A DNA stretch of 64,000 bases from a virus (Duplodnaviria; Caudoviricetes): the IMG/VR virus record IMGVR_UViG_3300021387_000661, positions 96,001-160,000 of that record; one strand, 5' to 3'. Shown here one piece after another: positions 9,472 to 18,933 of this stretch. The position numbers and the translations under genes were made by a program. A model generated the notes under the pieces. It worked only from the letters and a program-made list of their open reading frames with translations. It was not told the DNA's origin and did no database searches. Position 1 is the first letter of the stretch. Each line of letters begins with the position of its first letter.

Positions 9472-11115
9472 ATGAATAAATTGGAAGTACTGAAATATAT
9501 AACTGACCATAATAAAGAATTTGCTGGTAGATTGGTTACAGAAATTGGATTCAAAAAACATTTTCCAGAATTGTATGAAGAAATGTCAAAGATTGAATAT
9601 CCTGATTCTTTTTCATCATTTGATTTCAAACAAAAGTTGTGGCATTTTTTAAGGGATGATTATACAATTCATTATTGTAAATGTGGTGGACTTTTGAAAT
9701 TCAGGAGTTTTTGGTATGGTTACAATGAATTTTGTAGGATGAATTGTCCGGCAATGGTTGAAAACCAAAAAAAATGTGTTGTTGAAAAAAATAAAACAAG
9801 GACAGATGATGAAAAGAAGCAGATATATAATAAAGTGAAAGACACATTTTTGAAGAAATATGGAGTTGAAAGGTATTCGCAAACAAAAGAATGGAAAGAA
9901 AAAACACTTCAAAAAAATAGAGAGAAATTTGGTACTGACTGGTATACACAAACAGAAGAATATAAAAAAGAATATGAAAAACATTGTATAGATAAATATG
10001 ATGTTAAAAATGCATTCCAGGCAGAAGATGTAAAGGCAAAAATACTTAATAAATTTTATGACAGTTTCAAATCAAGACATAAGAATGTAATAGAAATAAA
10101 GAAAGATACATTATTGTGTAAATGTACTGATGAAACTTGTACATTATGTGAAAAGAAAATATATGAGATAAAAAAGACAACATTTTCTGATAGGATATGC
10201 CACAATATAGATACTTGTACAATAAGAACACCATATGGAGACATATGTTCTGGTAGTGAAACATTTGTTTGGGAATATATTAAAAGCATATATAATGGAT
10301 GTATAATAAAGAATGACAGGTCTGTTTTATTGGGTAAAGAACTTGACATTTATCTTCCTGAATTGAATATAGCATTTGAATTCAATGGGGTTTATTGGCA
10401 TAATGAATTCAATAAACCAAGGTATTATCATCAAGAAAAATCTTTGGAGTGTAAAGAAAAAGGTATTCAGTTGATACATATATGGGAAGATGACTGGTTA
10501 TATAGGAATGATATAGTAAAAGATATTATAAAATCAAAACTTGGTTTATCTGATTTCAATATAGGTGCCAGGAAGTGTGAAATTAGAAATGTATCAAACA
10601 AGGATGCAATTGATTTCTTGAACAAATACCATATCCAAGGTGGAGTTTTAAATGGTAAATCAATAGGTCTGTATTATCAAAATAATCTTGTTGAAATATT
10701 GACATTTGGTCAATTGAGAAAAAATATGGGAAGTATACCTGAAAATGAAAAATATGAAATTTACAGGGTATGTTCAAAGGCAGGATATAATATTCAAGGT
10801 GGATTTAGTAGATTACTTCATTTTTTTGAAACTGAATATAAACCAAAAGAAATAATAACATATGGCAATTTGGATTATACTTATGGAAATGTTTATCTTA
10901 AGTGTGGATTTATAGAATGTGGATTATCTGCTCCAACTTATACATGGGTTGTTGATGGAAAAAGATGCCATAGGTCTAATTTTATGAAATCAAAATTGGA
11001 TGAATGTAAATCAAATCCAGAATTGACGGAAAGCGATGTTATGCACAGTAGAGGATGTTGGAAATGTTGGGATGCAGGAAAAATAAAATTTATAAAAATA
11101 TATGAAAGAGGGTAG
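9472..11115 (+). CDS. Free-standing homing-endonuclease-like protein (Vsr/Hef-like PD-(D/E)xK domain)
   Basis: CKCG...C Zn motif, KYGV repeats, ELDIYLPELNIAFEFNGVYWH, LIHIWEDDW and ARKCEIR...GGFSRLL C-terminal domain. Lower GC than neighbours. Confidence 0.75.
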   Translation: MNKLEVLKYITDHNKEFAGRLVTEIGFKKHFPELYEEMSKIEYPDSFSSFDFKQKLWHFLRDDYTIHYCKCGGLLKFRSFWYGYNEFCRMNCPAMVENQKKCVVEKNKTRTDDEKKQIYNKVKDTFLKKYGVERYSQTKEWKEKTLQKNREKFGTDWYTQTEEYKKEYEKHCIDKYDVKNAFQAEDVKAKILNKFYDSFKSRHKNVIEIKKDTLLCKCTDETCTLCEKKIYEIKKTTFSDRICHNIDTCTIRTPYGDICSGSETFVWEYIKSIYNGCIIKNDRSVLLGKELDIYLPELNIAFEFNGVYWHNEFNKPRYYHQEKSLECKEKGIQLIHIWEDDWLYRNDIVKDIIKSKLGLSDFNIGARKCEIRNVSNKDAIDFLNKYHIQGGVLNGKSIGLYYQNNLVEILTFGQLRKNMGSIPENEKYEIYRVCSKAGYNIQGGFSRLLHFFETEYKPKEIITYGNLDYTYGNVYLKCGFIECGLSAPTYTWVVDGKRCHRSNFMKSKLDECKSNPELTESDVMHSRGCWKCWDAGKIKFIKIYERG

Positions 11116-11137
11116 GTGACTACTCTCTTTCTTTTTT
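11105..11137 (+). terminator. Intrinsic terminator
   Basis: AAAGAGGGTAG-GTGA-CTACTCTCTTT plus T-run. Confidence 0.7.
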
Positions 11138-11170
11138 ATCATAAATACTATATATTATCTCTATACTATT

Positions 11171-11464
11171 ATGATACAAAAATATGATGAATATTTTAGT
11201 GATGATATTCAATTGAATGAATCACAGGAAAGGATGATAAATGAAGCTGCAGAAATAATTGCAAAAAAAATCAAGAATGGGGAGGAAGTAGATGAAGGAA
11301 TCCTGGGCAGTGTTGTTGGTGGACTTACCGGTGTTACAATCGGGCCTGCAATCGGTAGGGCAATATGTAAAGCTCTTGGTATTACTGGAGGAATGTTATA
11401 TGACCTCTTTACAAGTAGGTTGTTTACAACTGCTGTTTCTGCATATATAGGATATAAGAATTAA
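11171..11464 (+). CDS. Small late protein with glycine-zipper hydrophobic C-terminus (possible internal/ejection protein)
   Basis: Late motif at 11140-11147. N-terminal KYDEYF..LNE. GxxxG repeats. Confidence 0.55.
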   Translation: MIQKYDEYFSDDIQLNESQERMINEAAEIIAKKIKNGEEVDEGILGSVVGGLTGVTIGPAIGRAICKALGITGGMLYDLFTSRLFTTAVSAYIGYKN

Positions 11465-11479
11465 TTTATTGTTTGAACT

Positions 11480-14407
11480 ATGAGTGATATAATTAAAATT
11501 AAAAAAACTGACATTATTTCAGATTCAGTAGATGTTATCAATCAGAATTTTGATATAATTCAGGGAATTATTGAATCAGATAATTATGTAAAGTCTCTTC
11601 AACTTGGTGACATTGAGACCAGGCTTAATAACCTTGAAAATAAAAATAATCAGAATTTTTCCGATCTGGTAAAAGACCTTAATGATTTAACTGAAAAAAT
11701 TGAGGATGAATTTGATGAAAACAACATCCAAGATATGATTAATAAATCTTTAACGAAATCTGCATCTGATTTAGAAGATTTTATTAAACGTACTGCTGGT
11801 CAACAAGTTTACAAAGCACTGGGACCATATGCCACAACAAGTACTATAGATGGTAAAATAGAACAAAAACTTCAAGGGTATTTAAAACAAGGTGATTTGG
11901 ATGAGTATGATAATTATGTAAAAAATGAGTTGCTTGCTCAATATAATAAATCATCTGCATTTACACAATATCAATCTGATGCTGACAGAAAATATGCAGA
12001 AGTATCCACAATAGTTGCAAACTCTAAATTTTATTTTGAGAAAAATAGTAATGGTGTTGATTGTCTTTATTCAGTAACAGAACCAGTTGGAATAACCAAT
12101 TATACAAGTATAGAGGATTTTTATGATAAAGGAAAGGTTACTTTAGATTCTAATGGTAAAGTTGTTGGTTTGGGGAGTAAACCAGTTAAGGAAGTTGTGG
12201 ATCCAACTAATGCCACTCTCAAAGATTTAACTGTTCTTAAAAACCTTATACAAATATGTGAGAAATTGTTTAAAACTATTTCAACGGAAATGGTAACACT
12301 CAGACAGAGTGTTGGTGAAAATAAAGCAGAATTTGACATCATTGCTGCTATAAAGGGTCCTGATGGTCAAGATATTGCTGCTTCAATATTTGCTTATGCA
12401 GATAAGGAGGGTTCCAGACTTATATTGAGTGGTGATAATATAAATTTGAATGCAGACAAAAAATTGAAGCTCAAATCTGGAACTTTTGAATTGGATTCAA
12501 AGGAGATGTCACTTAATTCTGATGGAAAACTCACAATAAATTCAGAAAATCTAAAACTCAATGATGATGAGTTGATGATGAAGGGAAATATATATGCCAC
12601 TAATCAGAATAATCAGATTACAGCGGGAATTATTGGTGCAAGAAAAAACACAAATGGTAATAATAGAGTGGTGAGATTTTTTGCAGGAACAGAATCAACA
12701 AAAGAGGGTGATGAATATAAACTATTAGAGGAAGATATTGAAAATGCAAAATTTAAAGTATATGATGATGGACATGTTGTTGCAAAAGATATTGAATTAG
12801 TATTTAATGGAAACCACACATCAATTGATGAAGATGGTATTCTACATGCAAATGGTGCAGAGATTTCTGGAAATGTGACTGCAAATAAAATTGATGTAAC
12901 AAGTACCAATAATACAATTACTGTAAAGGGACCAGGTGAAATTAATTATACAGGTAATTTGACTTATGAGACAAATATATCTGCAGATAATTTTAGAATT
13001 TCTGTTGATGGTGAGTTGAAAGCAGAAAGTGGTGATTCCATAAAAATTAAAAATACTAAGAATTATCTTGAATTTGGTATACTTGATGAAATTGACAATA
13101 CCAATAATGAGATAAAAGATGAGAAAGGTGATCCAGCCACGAAATTATATGGTGTACCTAGTTTAATTATGTATTATAATGGAAAACCATTTTATTTGAA
13201 TCCAACTTGTTGGCTGAATAAAGGTACAGAATATAAGGGTGGAAATATGAGGTGGATAAAACAATATGATGCATATAACTATGCAAATCCAAATAATATA
13301 ATAAATAATCAAACTTATACATCAACATCTGGTGTTCTTAAGAATAATCAGGGAAGATATTGTATTGCTCGTCCAAAAAGTGCATTGGAAAATTTATTAA
13401 ACAGTAATGGTTCTAGTAGTGATGAAGTTGTAAGATTGACAATACTTGAATGGGGTGAAAATGAGGGAGATAAAAGAACTTGGTTGAAACGATCTGGTTT
13501 AATGAATGATGGTGATGAAAATGAAGGTGTATTCACTAAAAAATCAATCTTGGGTTCAAGTGGGTATTATGGAAACCCATCATTTACCAGGACTGAAATT
13601 ACTGAAGCTACATGTGAGGCATTTAAAAATAAAGTTCCAAATAGTCAAACTGTGTGGGCAAAGTGTAACTTTTACTATTATGTAGAATGGGTAAAAGATA
13701 ATGGTGAAGATGGTAAAGATTCTATTATAAAAAAAACTGATTTTCCAATAAAGAAAATTTGTACATTGATGCATAATATAGCTAAAGCCCAAAGTGCACC
13801 AACAGATGGTTATGAAAACTGTTGTTGGGGAAGACCAGGAAAATATATTAAAATTGTTAATTTTGATGACATCTTACCATTTACAGAAAAAACAATAACT
13901 GAGGATCGTTTTGATTATGATATGGGTGATGGTGATGGACAATATTTGGAGATAAACATTGATTATTGTCCTTTCTTTGAAATAAAGAATGGTATACCTA
14001 TGGATACTACTAAAAAAATATATGGAAAATGTCAAATTCAGATGGGTGGAAATAATTATAAAAATAAGATACAATATACAATTTATAACTCTATATCAGG
14101 TTCTGAATATGAGAATCTTCAGAGTGTGACTTTAAATTTAAATTTTGATTTTTATTTAGAGTTAAATAATGCTACCAATTTTTCTCATTTGGATGAAGCA
14201 CAAGAAAAGTTTACATTTTGTGAGTCAACTGATTTAGATAAAAGAGAATTATTAAAAAATGTAATAATAAAGTTCTTTGAGAATGAAGATATATATAATA
14301 CTAGTTCTATAAATCCAAATGATTTTTCATTTTCTGGAGTAATAGAAACAGATATGAATAGATATGAAAAAAGTAGTTGGAATCAAGAGGATGCATGGGA
14401 TGTTTAA
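11480..14407 (+). CDS. Putative virion structural / tail-fibre-like protein
   Basis: 975 aa. N-terminal coiled coil (INQNF) and beta-rich FKVYDDGHVVA / GAEISGNVTA segments typical of tail proteins. Late operon. Confidence 0.5.
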   Translation: MSDIIKIKKTDIISDSVDVINQNFDIIQGIIESDNYVKSLQLGDIETRLNNLENKNNQNFSDLVKDLNDLTEKIEDEFDENNIQDMINKSLTKSASDLEDFIKRTAGQQVYKALGPYATTSTIDGKIEQKLQGYLKQGDLDEYDNYVKNELLAQYNKSSAFTQYQSDADRKYAEVSTIVANSKFYFEKNSNGVDCLYSVTEPVGITNYTSIEDFYDKGKVTLDSNGKVVGLGSKPVKEVVDPTNATLKDLTVLKNLIQICEKLFKTISTEMVTLRQSVGENKAEFDIIAAIKGPDGQDIAASIFAYADKEGSRLILSGDNINLNADKKLKLKSGTFELDSKEMSLNSDGKLTINSENLKLNDDELMMKGNIYATNQNNQITAGIIGARKNTNGNNRVVRFFAGTESTKEGDEYKLLEEDIENAKFKVYDDGHVVAKDIELVFNGNHTSIDEDGILHANGAEISGNVTANKIDVTSTNNTITVKGPGEINYTGNLTYETNISADNFRISVDGELKAESGDSIKIKNTKNYLEFGILDEIDNTNNEIKDEKGDPATKLYGVPSLIMYYNGKPFYLNPTCWLNKGTEYKGGNMRWIKQYDAYNYANPNNIINNQTYTSTSGVLKNNQGRYCIARPKSALENLLNSNGSSSDEVVRLTILEWGENEGDKRTWLKRSGLMNDGDENEGVFTKKSILGSSGYYGNPSFTRTEITEATCEAFKNKVPNSQTVWAKCNFYYYVEWVKDNGEDGKDSIIKKTDFPIKKICTLMHNIAKAQSAPTDGYENCCWGRPGKYIKIVNFDDILPFTEKTITEDRFDYDMGDGDGQYLEINIDYCPFFEIKNGIPMDTTKKIYGKCQIQMGGNNYKNKIQYTIYNSISGSEYENLQSVTLNLNFDFYLELNNATNFSHLDEAQEKFTFCESTDLDKRELLKNVIIKFFENEDIYNTSSINPNDFSFSGVIETDMNRYEKSSWNQEDAWDV

Positions 14408-14461
14408 TATATAATAATTCATAAATATATAGTATAGTGTAACTTTTAATACAGACTTTTT

Positions 14462-16177
14462 ATGGCTGGGTTTACAAATACAAATAGAAATAATACAAGT
14501 AATCCCAATCCTGTAACCAGGATGATTCGTAACTTGTCAAGACTTGGAATGAACTACAAGGATGATGTCATCAAGAATGTACGTTCCATGAATCTTGATA
14601 TTACCCAACAGCAGTTACAGACAAATCCAGTTACTGGTCAGGTTGGTTCTATCAATGATGAGAACATCCAGGTTCTTTTTGCCCGAATGTCTGCAACAGA
14701 CCCTTCCATTTCAAAGGGATATTTCAACTTATCAGAAGAGAATTATCAGAAGAAGAAGGAACAGTTGAGAAGATTTGCTCTCCAGGATGAAATTGAAGAA
14801 ATTCTAGATATCATCTGTGAGGAGAGTATTGTTTTTGATGGTGCCAACAAGTTTGCAAACATAAAACTCAACTATAAGGCAGACCAGGATATACTTGATG
14901 AATTTGCAGAAGAGTATAATAAGATTTATAATTACTTTGGATTCTATGATACAGTCCAGGCAACGGATTATTTTAGGAAATGGTTGATTGATGGTTTCCT
15001 TGCATTTGAAATAGTCTATAATGAAGACCAGACTGAAATCATAGGATTCATTGAACTTGACCCTGCTTGTCTTACTCCTGGTGTTGACCCAGAGACCAAT
15101 GAGAAAATCTGGTTTGTCAATCAGAGGGTTGGTATCAATGGTCAGACCACACAGGACAGGGTTCTTTATGATTCACAGATTATCTACCTTTCTTATGCAA
15201 AAGCAGACACTGTTTCCAGGATTTCTTATGTTGAAAGACTTATCCGTTCATTCAACATCTTGAGGACAATGGAGGCAACCCGTATCATCTGGGCTGTTAC
15301 AAATGCATCTTACAAAACACAGTATATCATTCCTGTTGGTTCAGTACAGTCACCAAGAGGTAGACAGACTTTAGCCCAGGCAATGGCAAACTACAAGGAA
15401 CTTGTGGACTTTGACTGGGATTCCGGTGAGATTAAGACCAATGGTAGGCCGATGCTTCAGTTCTACAAGGATATCTTTATGGCATCTGAAGGTGGTGAGA
15501 CTCCACAGATTCAGAACCTTGGTGGTGATGGTCCTGAAATTTCAGACACAGAGGCATTGAGATATTTCCGCGATAAACTTCGTCAGGCGTCAAAAATTCC
15601 TTTCACAAGGTTTGAGAAAGAACAGGGTGAAGGTCAATATACTATGAGTGCCGAAGGTATTGCAAGGGAGGAAATCAGGTTCAGTAAGTTCATTGGTAGA
15701 TTGAGGGCAATCTTTGCTGAAATCCTTATCAAGCCTGTTTATCTTCAGATGTGTCTCAAGCACAAGAGTATTATGTCTGATATGAACTTCAGGGTAAACC
15801 TTGGTCTTGATTATAATAAGGATTCTGTATTTGAAGAGAACAAGGAAGTTGAACTTCTTCAGAAGAAAGCAGATTTCATATCATCTATTATGGGTTCTAT
15901 TGTAGAGACTGATGATGAAGGTAATGAACATCCTTATTTTGATTTAGACTTCCTTGTAAGAGAGTATCTTGGTTTGAGTGATGAGAAACTTGCTTTAAAT
16001 CAAAGATATAAGGATGAGAAGGAATTGAAGAAAGAGGGATATAAACAGGAAGATATTGCCAAGATTCTTGATGGCGCTCCAAAGTCAGAGTTTAAGCCAG
16101 ACAAGAAAAAAGCAAAGGAAAATGAAGAAGAAAATGAAGATAATGGAGGTGGAGGTAATCCACTTGGAGGACTTTAA
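14462..16177 (+). CDS. Portal protein (T4 gp20-like)
   Basis: FRKWLIDG, SYVERLIRSFNILRTME, IIWAV, LRYFRDKL..ASKIPFTRF and REEIRFSKFI. Late motif at 14420-14427. Confidence 0.92.
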   Translation: MAGFTNTNRNNTSNPNPVTRMIRNLSRLGMNYKDDVIKNVRSMNLDITQQQLQTNPVTGQVGSINDENIQVLFARMSATDPSISKGYFNLSEENYQKKKEQLRRFALQDEIEEILDIICEESIVFDGANKFANIKLNYKADQDILDEFAEEYNKIYNYFGFYDTVQATDYFRKWLIDGFLAFEIVYNEDQTEIIGFIELDPACLTPGVDPETNEKIWFVNQRVGINGQTTQDRVLYDSQIIYLSYAKADTVSRISYVERLIRSFNILRTMEATRIIWAVTNASYKTQYIIPVGSVQSPRGRQTLAQAMANYKELVDFDWDSGEIKTNGRPMLQFYKDIFMASEGGETPQIQNLGGDGPEISDTEALRYFRDKLRQASKIPFTRFEKEQGEGQYTMSAEGIAREEIRFSKFIGRLRAIFAEILIKPVYLQMCLKHKSIMSDMNFRVNLGLDYNKDSVFEENKEVELLQKKADFISSIMGSIVETDDEGNEHPYFDLDFLVREYLGLSDEKLALNQRYKDEKELKKEGYKQEDIAKILDGAPKSEFKPDKKKAKENEEENEDNGGGGNPLGGL

Positions 16178-16237
16178 AAATAAGTAAAAATTATTTTCAT
16201 AAATACCATATAAAATATATAAGAAAATCATTTGAAA

Positions 16238-18199
16238 ATGAAAGAGAAGAAACTATTGATAGTAGAACGCTCTAATGCTCCACTTAATTATTCAGTGGAA
16301 CAGGCATTGAATGAAAACAATGAACACAGCGATTCTATAGTATTAACTGGACTTTTCACATCATTCAATACTAAAAACCGTAACGGCAGAATTTATGAGT
16401 CTGCTGATTTCCTTCCACATGTTGAGGCATTGAGGGAACAGATTGAAAGTAAGAGACTTCTTGGTGAGTTGGATCATCCACATGGATTTGAAATCTCACT
16501 TGGTAATGTTTCTCATGTTGTTGAAAGTCTTGAATTTGACCCACAACAGAATGCTATTGTAGGTAAGATTAGACTCCTTAATACTACTGCTGGTAAGGAA
16601 GCACAGGCACTTGTAAGAGATGGTATTCCATTGAATATCTCATCAAGGGCTGCTGGTACTGTGGATGAATCTGGACATGTTAAACTCCAGCAGTTGTTTA
16701 CATATGACCTTGTTGCAGACCCTGGTTTTGCAAATGCACAGCTTAAGAGGGTTAATGAGTCATATGGATTTGGTGATGATGATAATATTGACATCTATGA
16801 TATTTCAGAAGATGCCAATACAGAGTTGGATCCACAGGTGACCAAGACTGCCGATTATGCAGAACCACAGGCACAGAAGAATGAAGATACATTAAAAAAT
16901 ACAAATATGGAAGACAATAATAATGAATTCATCCAATATGGTGATTTCCAGAAGTACAGTGAACATCTGTCAGAGATTGTCGGTGAACTCCAGTCTGCCA
17001 TTTCTAACATCAAGGATGAGTTAATTAGTTATAAGGAGAAGGGTGGTGAAACTCCTACCCAGACCTTTGATGCTGCTAATATTGATAATTCAATGATTGC
17101 AGACCTTGTTGCAAAAGAGGTTGCAAGGATTACCGGTGAAGGTGCTGCTGTTGTTGGCGGTACAGATGCAAAGGCAGATACTGCTGCTCTTGAATCAAAA
17201 TTAGCAGAGATTGAAGAGAAGTATAACAATCTTAAGGCATACACTAATTATCTTGCTGAAACTCTTGACAAGTCTATTATTCATCAGGATTATATTGCTG
17301 ATGAGGCAAACAAGGTTATTGAACATAACAATTATCTTGCTGAAAGTATGAATAAGATGATTGGTCATCAGGATTATCTTGCAGAGAAGATGAATCAGAT
17401 GATTGCACATCAGGATTATCTTGCTGAAAATATCAATGATACTATTTCTTATCAGAACTATGTGGCAGAAATGTTGGATAAGTCTATTGACTATTCAAAT
17501 ATGCTTGCTGAGGAACAGAACAAGAGTATTGCCCATAATGATTACCTTGCAGAGAAGATGAATCAGATGATTGAACATCAGGATTACATTGTTGAGGAAG
17601 TTAATAAGATTGGTGGTAATGTCCTTGAAGAGAACAAGACAGAAGACACAAAGTCAGAAGAAACTCCTGCTGAAAATGTTAATGAAAACAATGAAGTAAA
17701 GACAGAGGAAACTCCTGTTGAGGAAAACAAGACAGAAGATACAAAGTCAGAAGAAACTCCTGTTGAAAAGTTTGATACAAAGGCATACCAGACAGCACTT
17801 ACTGAAAAACTTGATGCTATCCTTGCTGCTGCAAAGGCACAGTATGCTGAAGCAAAGAGACTTGAGGAAGAGGCAATTAAGGAATCAAAGAAGAATGTTG
17901 ATACAAAGAACTTCACACTTATCAACTATATGCCTGAAAGACTCCAGGAAAGATGGTCAAAACTTTCTGATGAGAGAAAGCAGGAAATTCTTGCAGAGTC
18001 CAAAATGTTTGTAATTAGTAATGAAGCAAGTGCAGTTTATTTCTGGAACACACGTGATTTCAGAGACAAGCAGGTAGAACTTCAGAAGATTGATGAATCT
18101 GCTGTTGCACAACCAAATGCCATCAATGAAAATACTGTTTCTGAAGAAAGGCTCAATGCAATGAAAGAGCAGATTCAGAAAAGAATGAGGAGATGGTAA
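16238..18199 (+). CDS. Prohead protease (T4 gp21-like) fused to scaffold/core-like coiled coil
   Basis: KNRNGRIY, LGELDHP, ISSRAAG and TYDLVADPGF, followed by a long repeated helical tail. Late motif at 16198-16205. Confidence 0.9.
   Translation: MKEKKLLIVERSNAPLNYSVEQALNENNEHSDSIVLTGLFTSFNTKNRNGRIYESADFLPHVEALREQIESKRLLGELDHPHGFEISLGNVSHVVESLEFDPQQNAIVGKIRLLNTTAGKEAQALVRDGIPLNISSRAAGTVDESGHVKLQQLFTYDLVADPGFANAQLKRVNESYGFGDDDNIDIYDISEDANTELDPQVTKTADYAEPQAQKNEDTLKNTNMEDNNNEFIQYGDFQKYSEHLSEIVGELQSAISNIKDELISYKEKGGETPTQTFDAANIDNSMIADLVAKEVARITGEGAAVVGGTDAKADTAALESKLAEIEEKYNNLKAYTNYLAETLDKSIIHQDYIADEANKVIEHNNYLAESMNKMIGHQDYLAEKMNQMIAHQDYLAENINDTISYQNYVAEMLDKSIDYSNMLAEEQNKSIAHNDYLAEKMNQMIEHQDYIVEEVNKIGGNVLEENKTEDTKSEETPAENVNENNEVKTEETPVEENKTEDTKSEETPVEKFDTKAYQTALTEKLDAILAAAKAQYAEAKRLEEEAIKESKKNVDTKNFTLINYMPERLQERWSKLSDERKQEILAESKMFVISNEASAVYFWNTRDFRDKQVELQKIDESAVAQPNAINENTVSEERLNAMKEQIQKRMRRW
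17245..17610 (+). repeat. Degenerate 42-nt (14-aa) tandem repeats HQDYLAEKMNQMIA in scaffold region
   Basis: About 8 imperfect copies visible in protein and DNA (CATCAGGATTATCTTGC). Confidence 0.8.
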
Positions 18200-18206
18200 T
18201 ATTTTT

Positions 18207-18240
18207 TCCGGATGGGTGGAGTAACATCCACTCATCTGGA
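18207..18240. terminator. 14-bp GC-rich hairpin (terminator or processing site)
   Basis: TCCGGATGGGTGGA-GTAACA-TCCACTCATCTGGA. Confidence 0.55.
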
Positions 18241-18279
18241 CCCCCTTTTTATACAAACTAAAGCATATAACAAGAAACA

Positions 18280-18750
18280 ATGTCAGACATACTTCTACAA
18301 TTATTGGGTTATTTAGGAACTTTTGTAGGTGGTGGTGGTCTAGTTGGTATTTTCTATTACAAACTAAATAAAAGACTTAAGGCTGCTGAAGTAAAAGCTG
18401 CTGAAAGTGATGTGAAAACAAAAGAGATTGCAAATCTTTCTGCATCAAATGAAGAGTGGATAAAATTATATCATACTTGTAATGATGAGAAGACAAAACT
18501 TGAGGAAGCTCTTGCAAATATGACAGATAAGTTTGATGAAGCCTACAAGATGAAAGATGCTGCAATGGACAGATATAGTGATTGCAGGTCAGAGTGTAAT
18601 AAAAAGGATATGGTCATTGCTGAACTCAACTGGTATAGGTGTGAAGTAAATGGATGTCCTTATAGAAGACCACCTAGAAAGTTTGGTGAAATGGATTTTC
18701 CAAAGGATGCAATTGATCCAACACAACATCCAGATCCGGAATATCTTTAA
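18280..18750 (+). CDS. Single-TM coiled-coil protein (holin/spanin-like accessory)
   Basis: N-terminal hydrophobic helix, coiled coil and C-terminal RCEVNGCPYRRPP. Confidence 0.45.
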   Translation: MSDILLQLLGYLGTFVGGGGLVGIFYYKLNKRLKAAEVKAAESDVKTKEIANLSASNEEWIKLYHTCNDEKTKLEEALANMTDKFDEAYKMKDAAMDRYSDCRSECNKKDMVIAELNWYRCEVNGCPYRRPPRKFGEMDFPKDAIDPTQHPDPEYL

Positions 18751-18933
18751 TAATAAATATTCTATGTAGAGGGTGATACCTCTTCATAGAGCCAAAAAAA
18801 TCAAAAATTGATTTACATAAATATAGTATAACACAACAATATGAAGAGAATCTAAAAAAAGATAATAGAAGCAAAGATCTATTTTTAGGTTGATTCAATA
18901 AATAAAAATACAAAAAAAATCAAAACTAAAATT

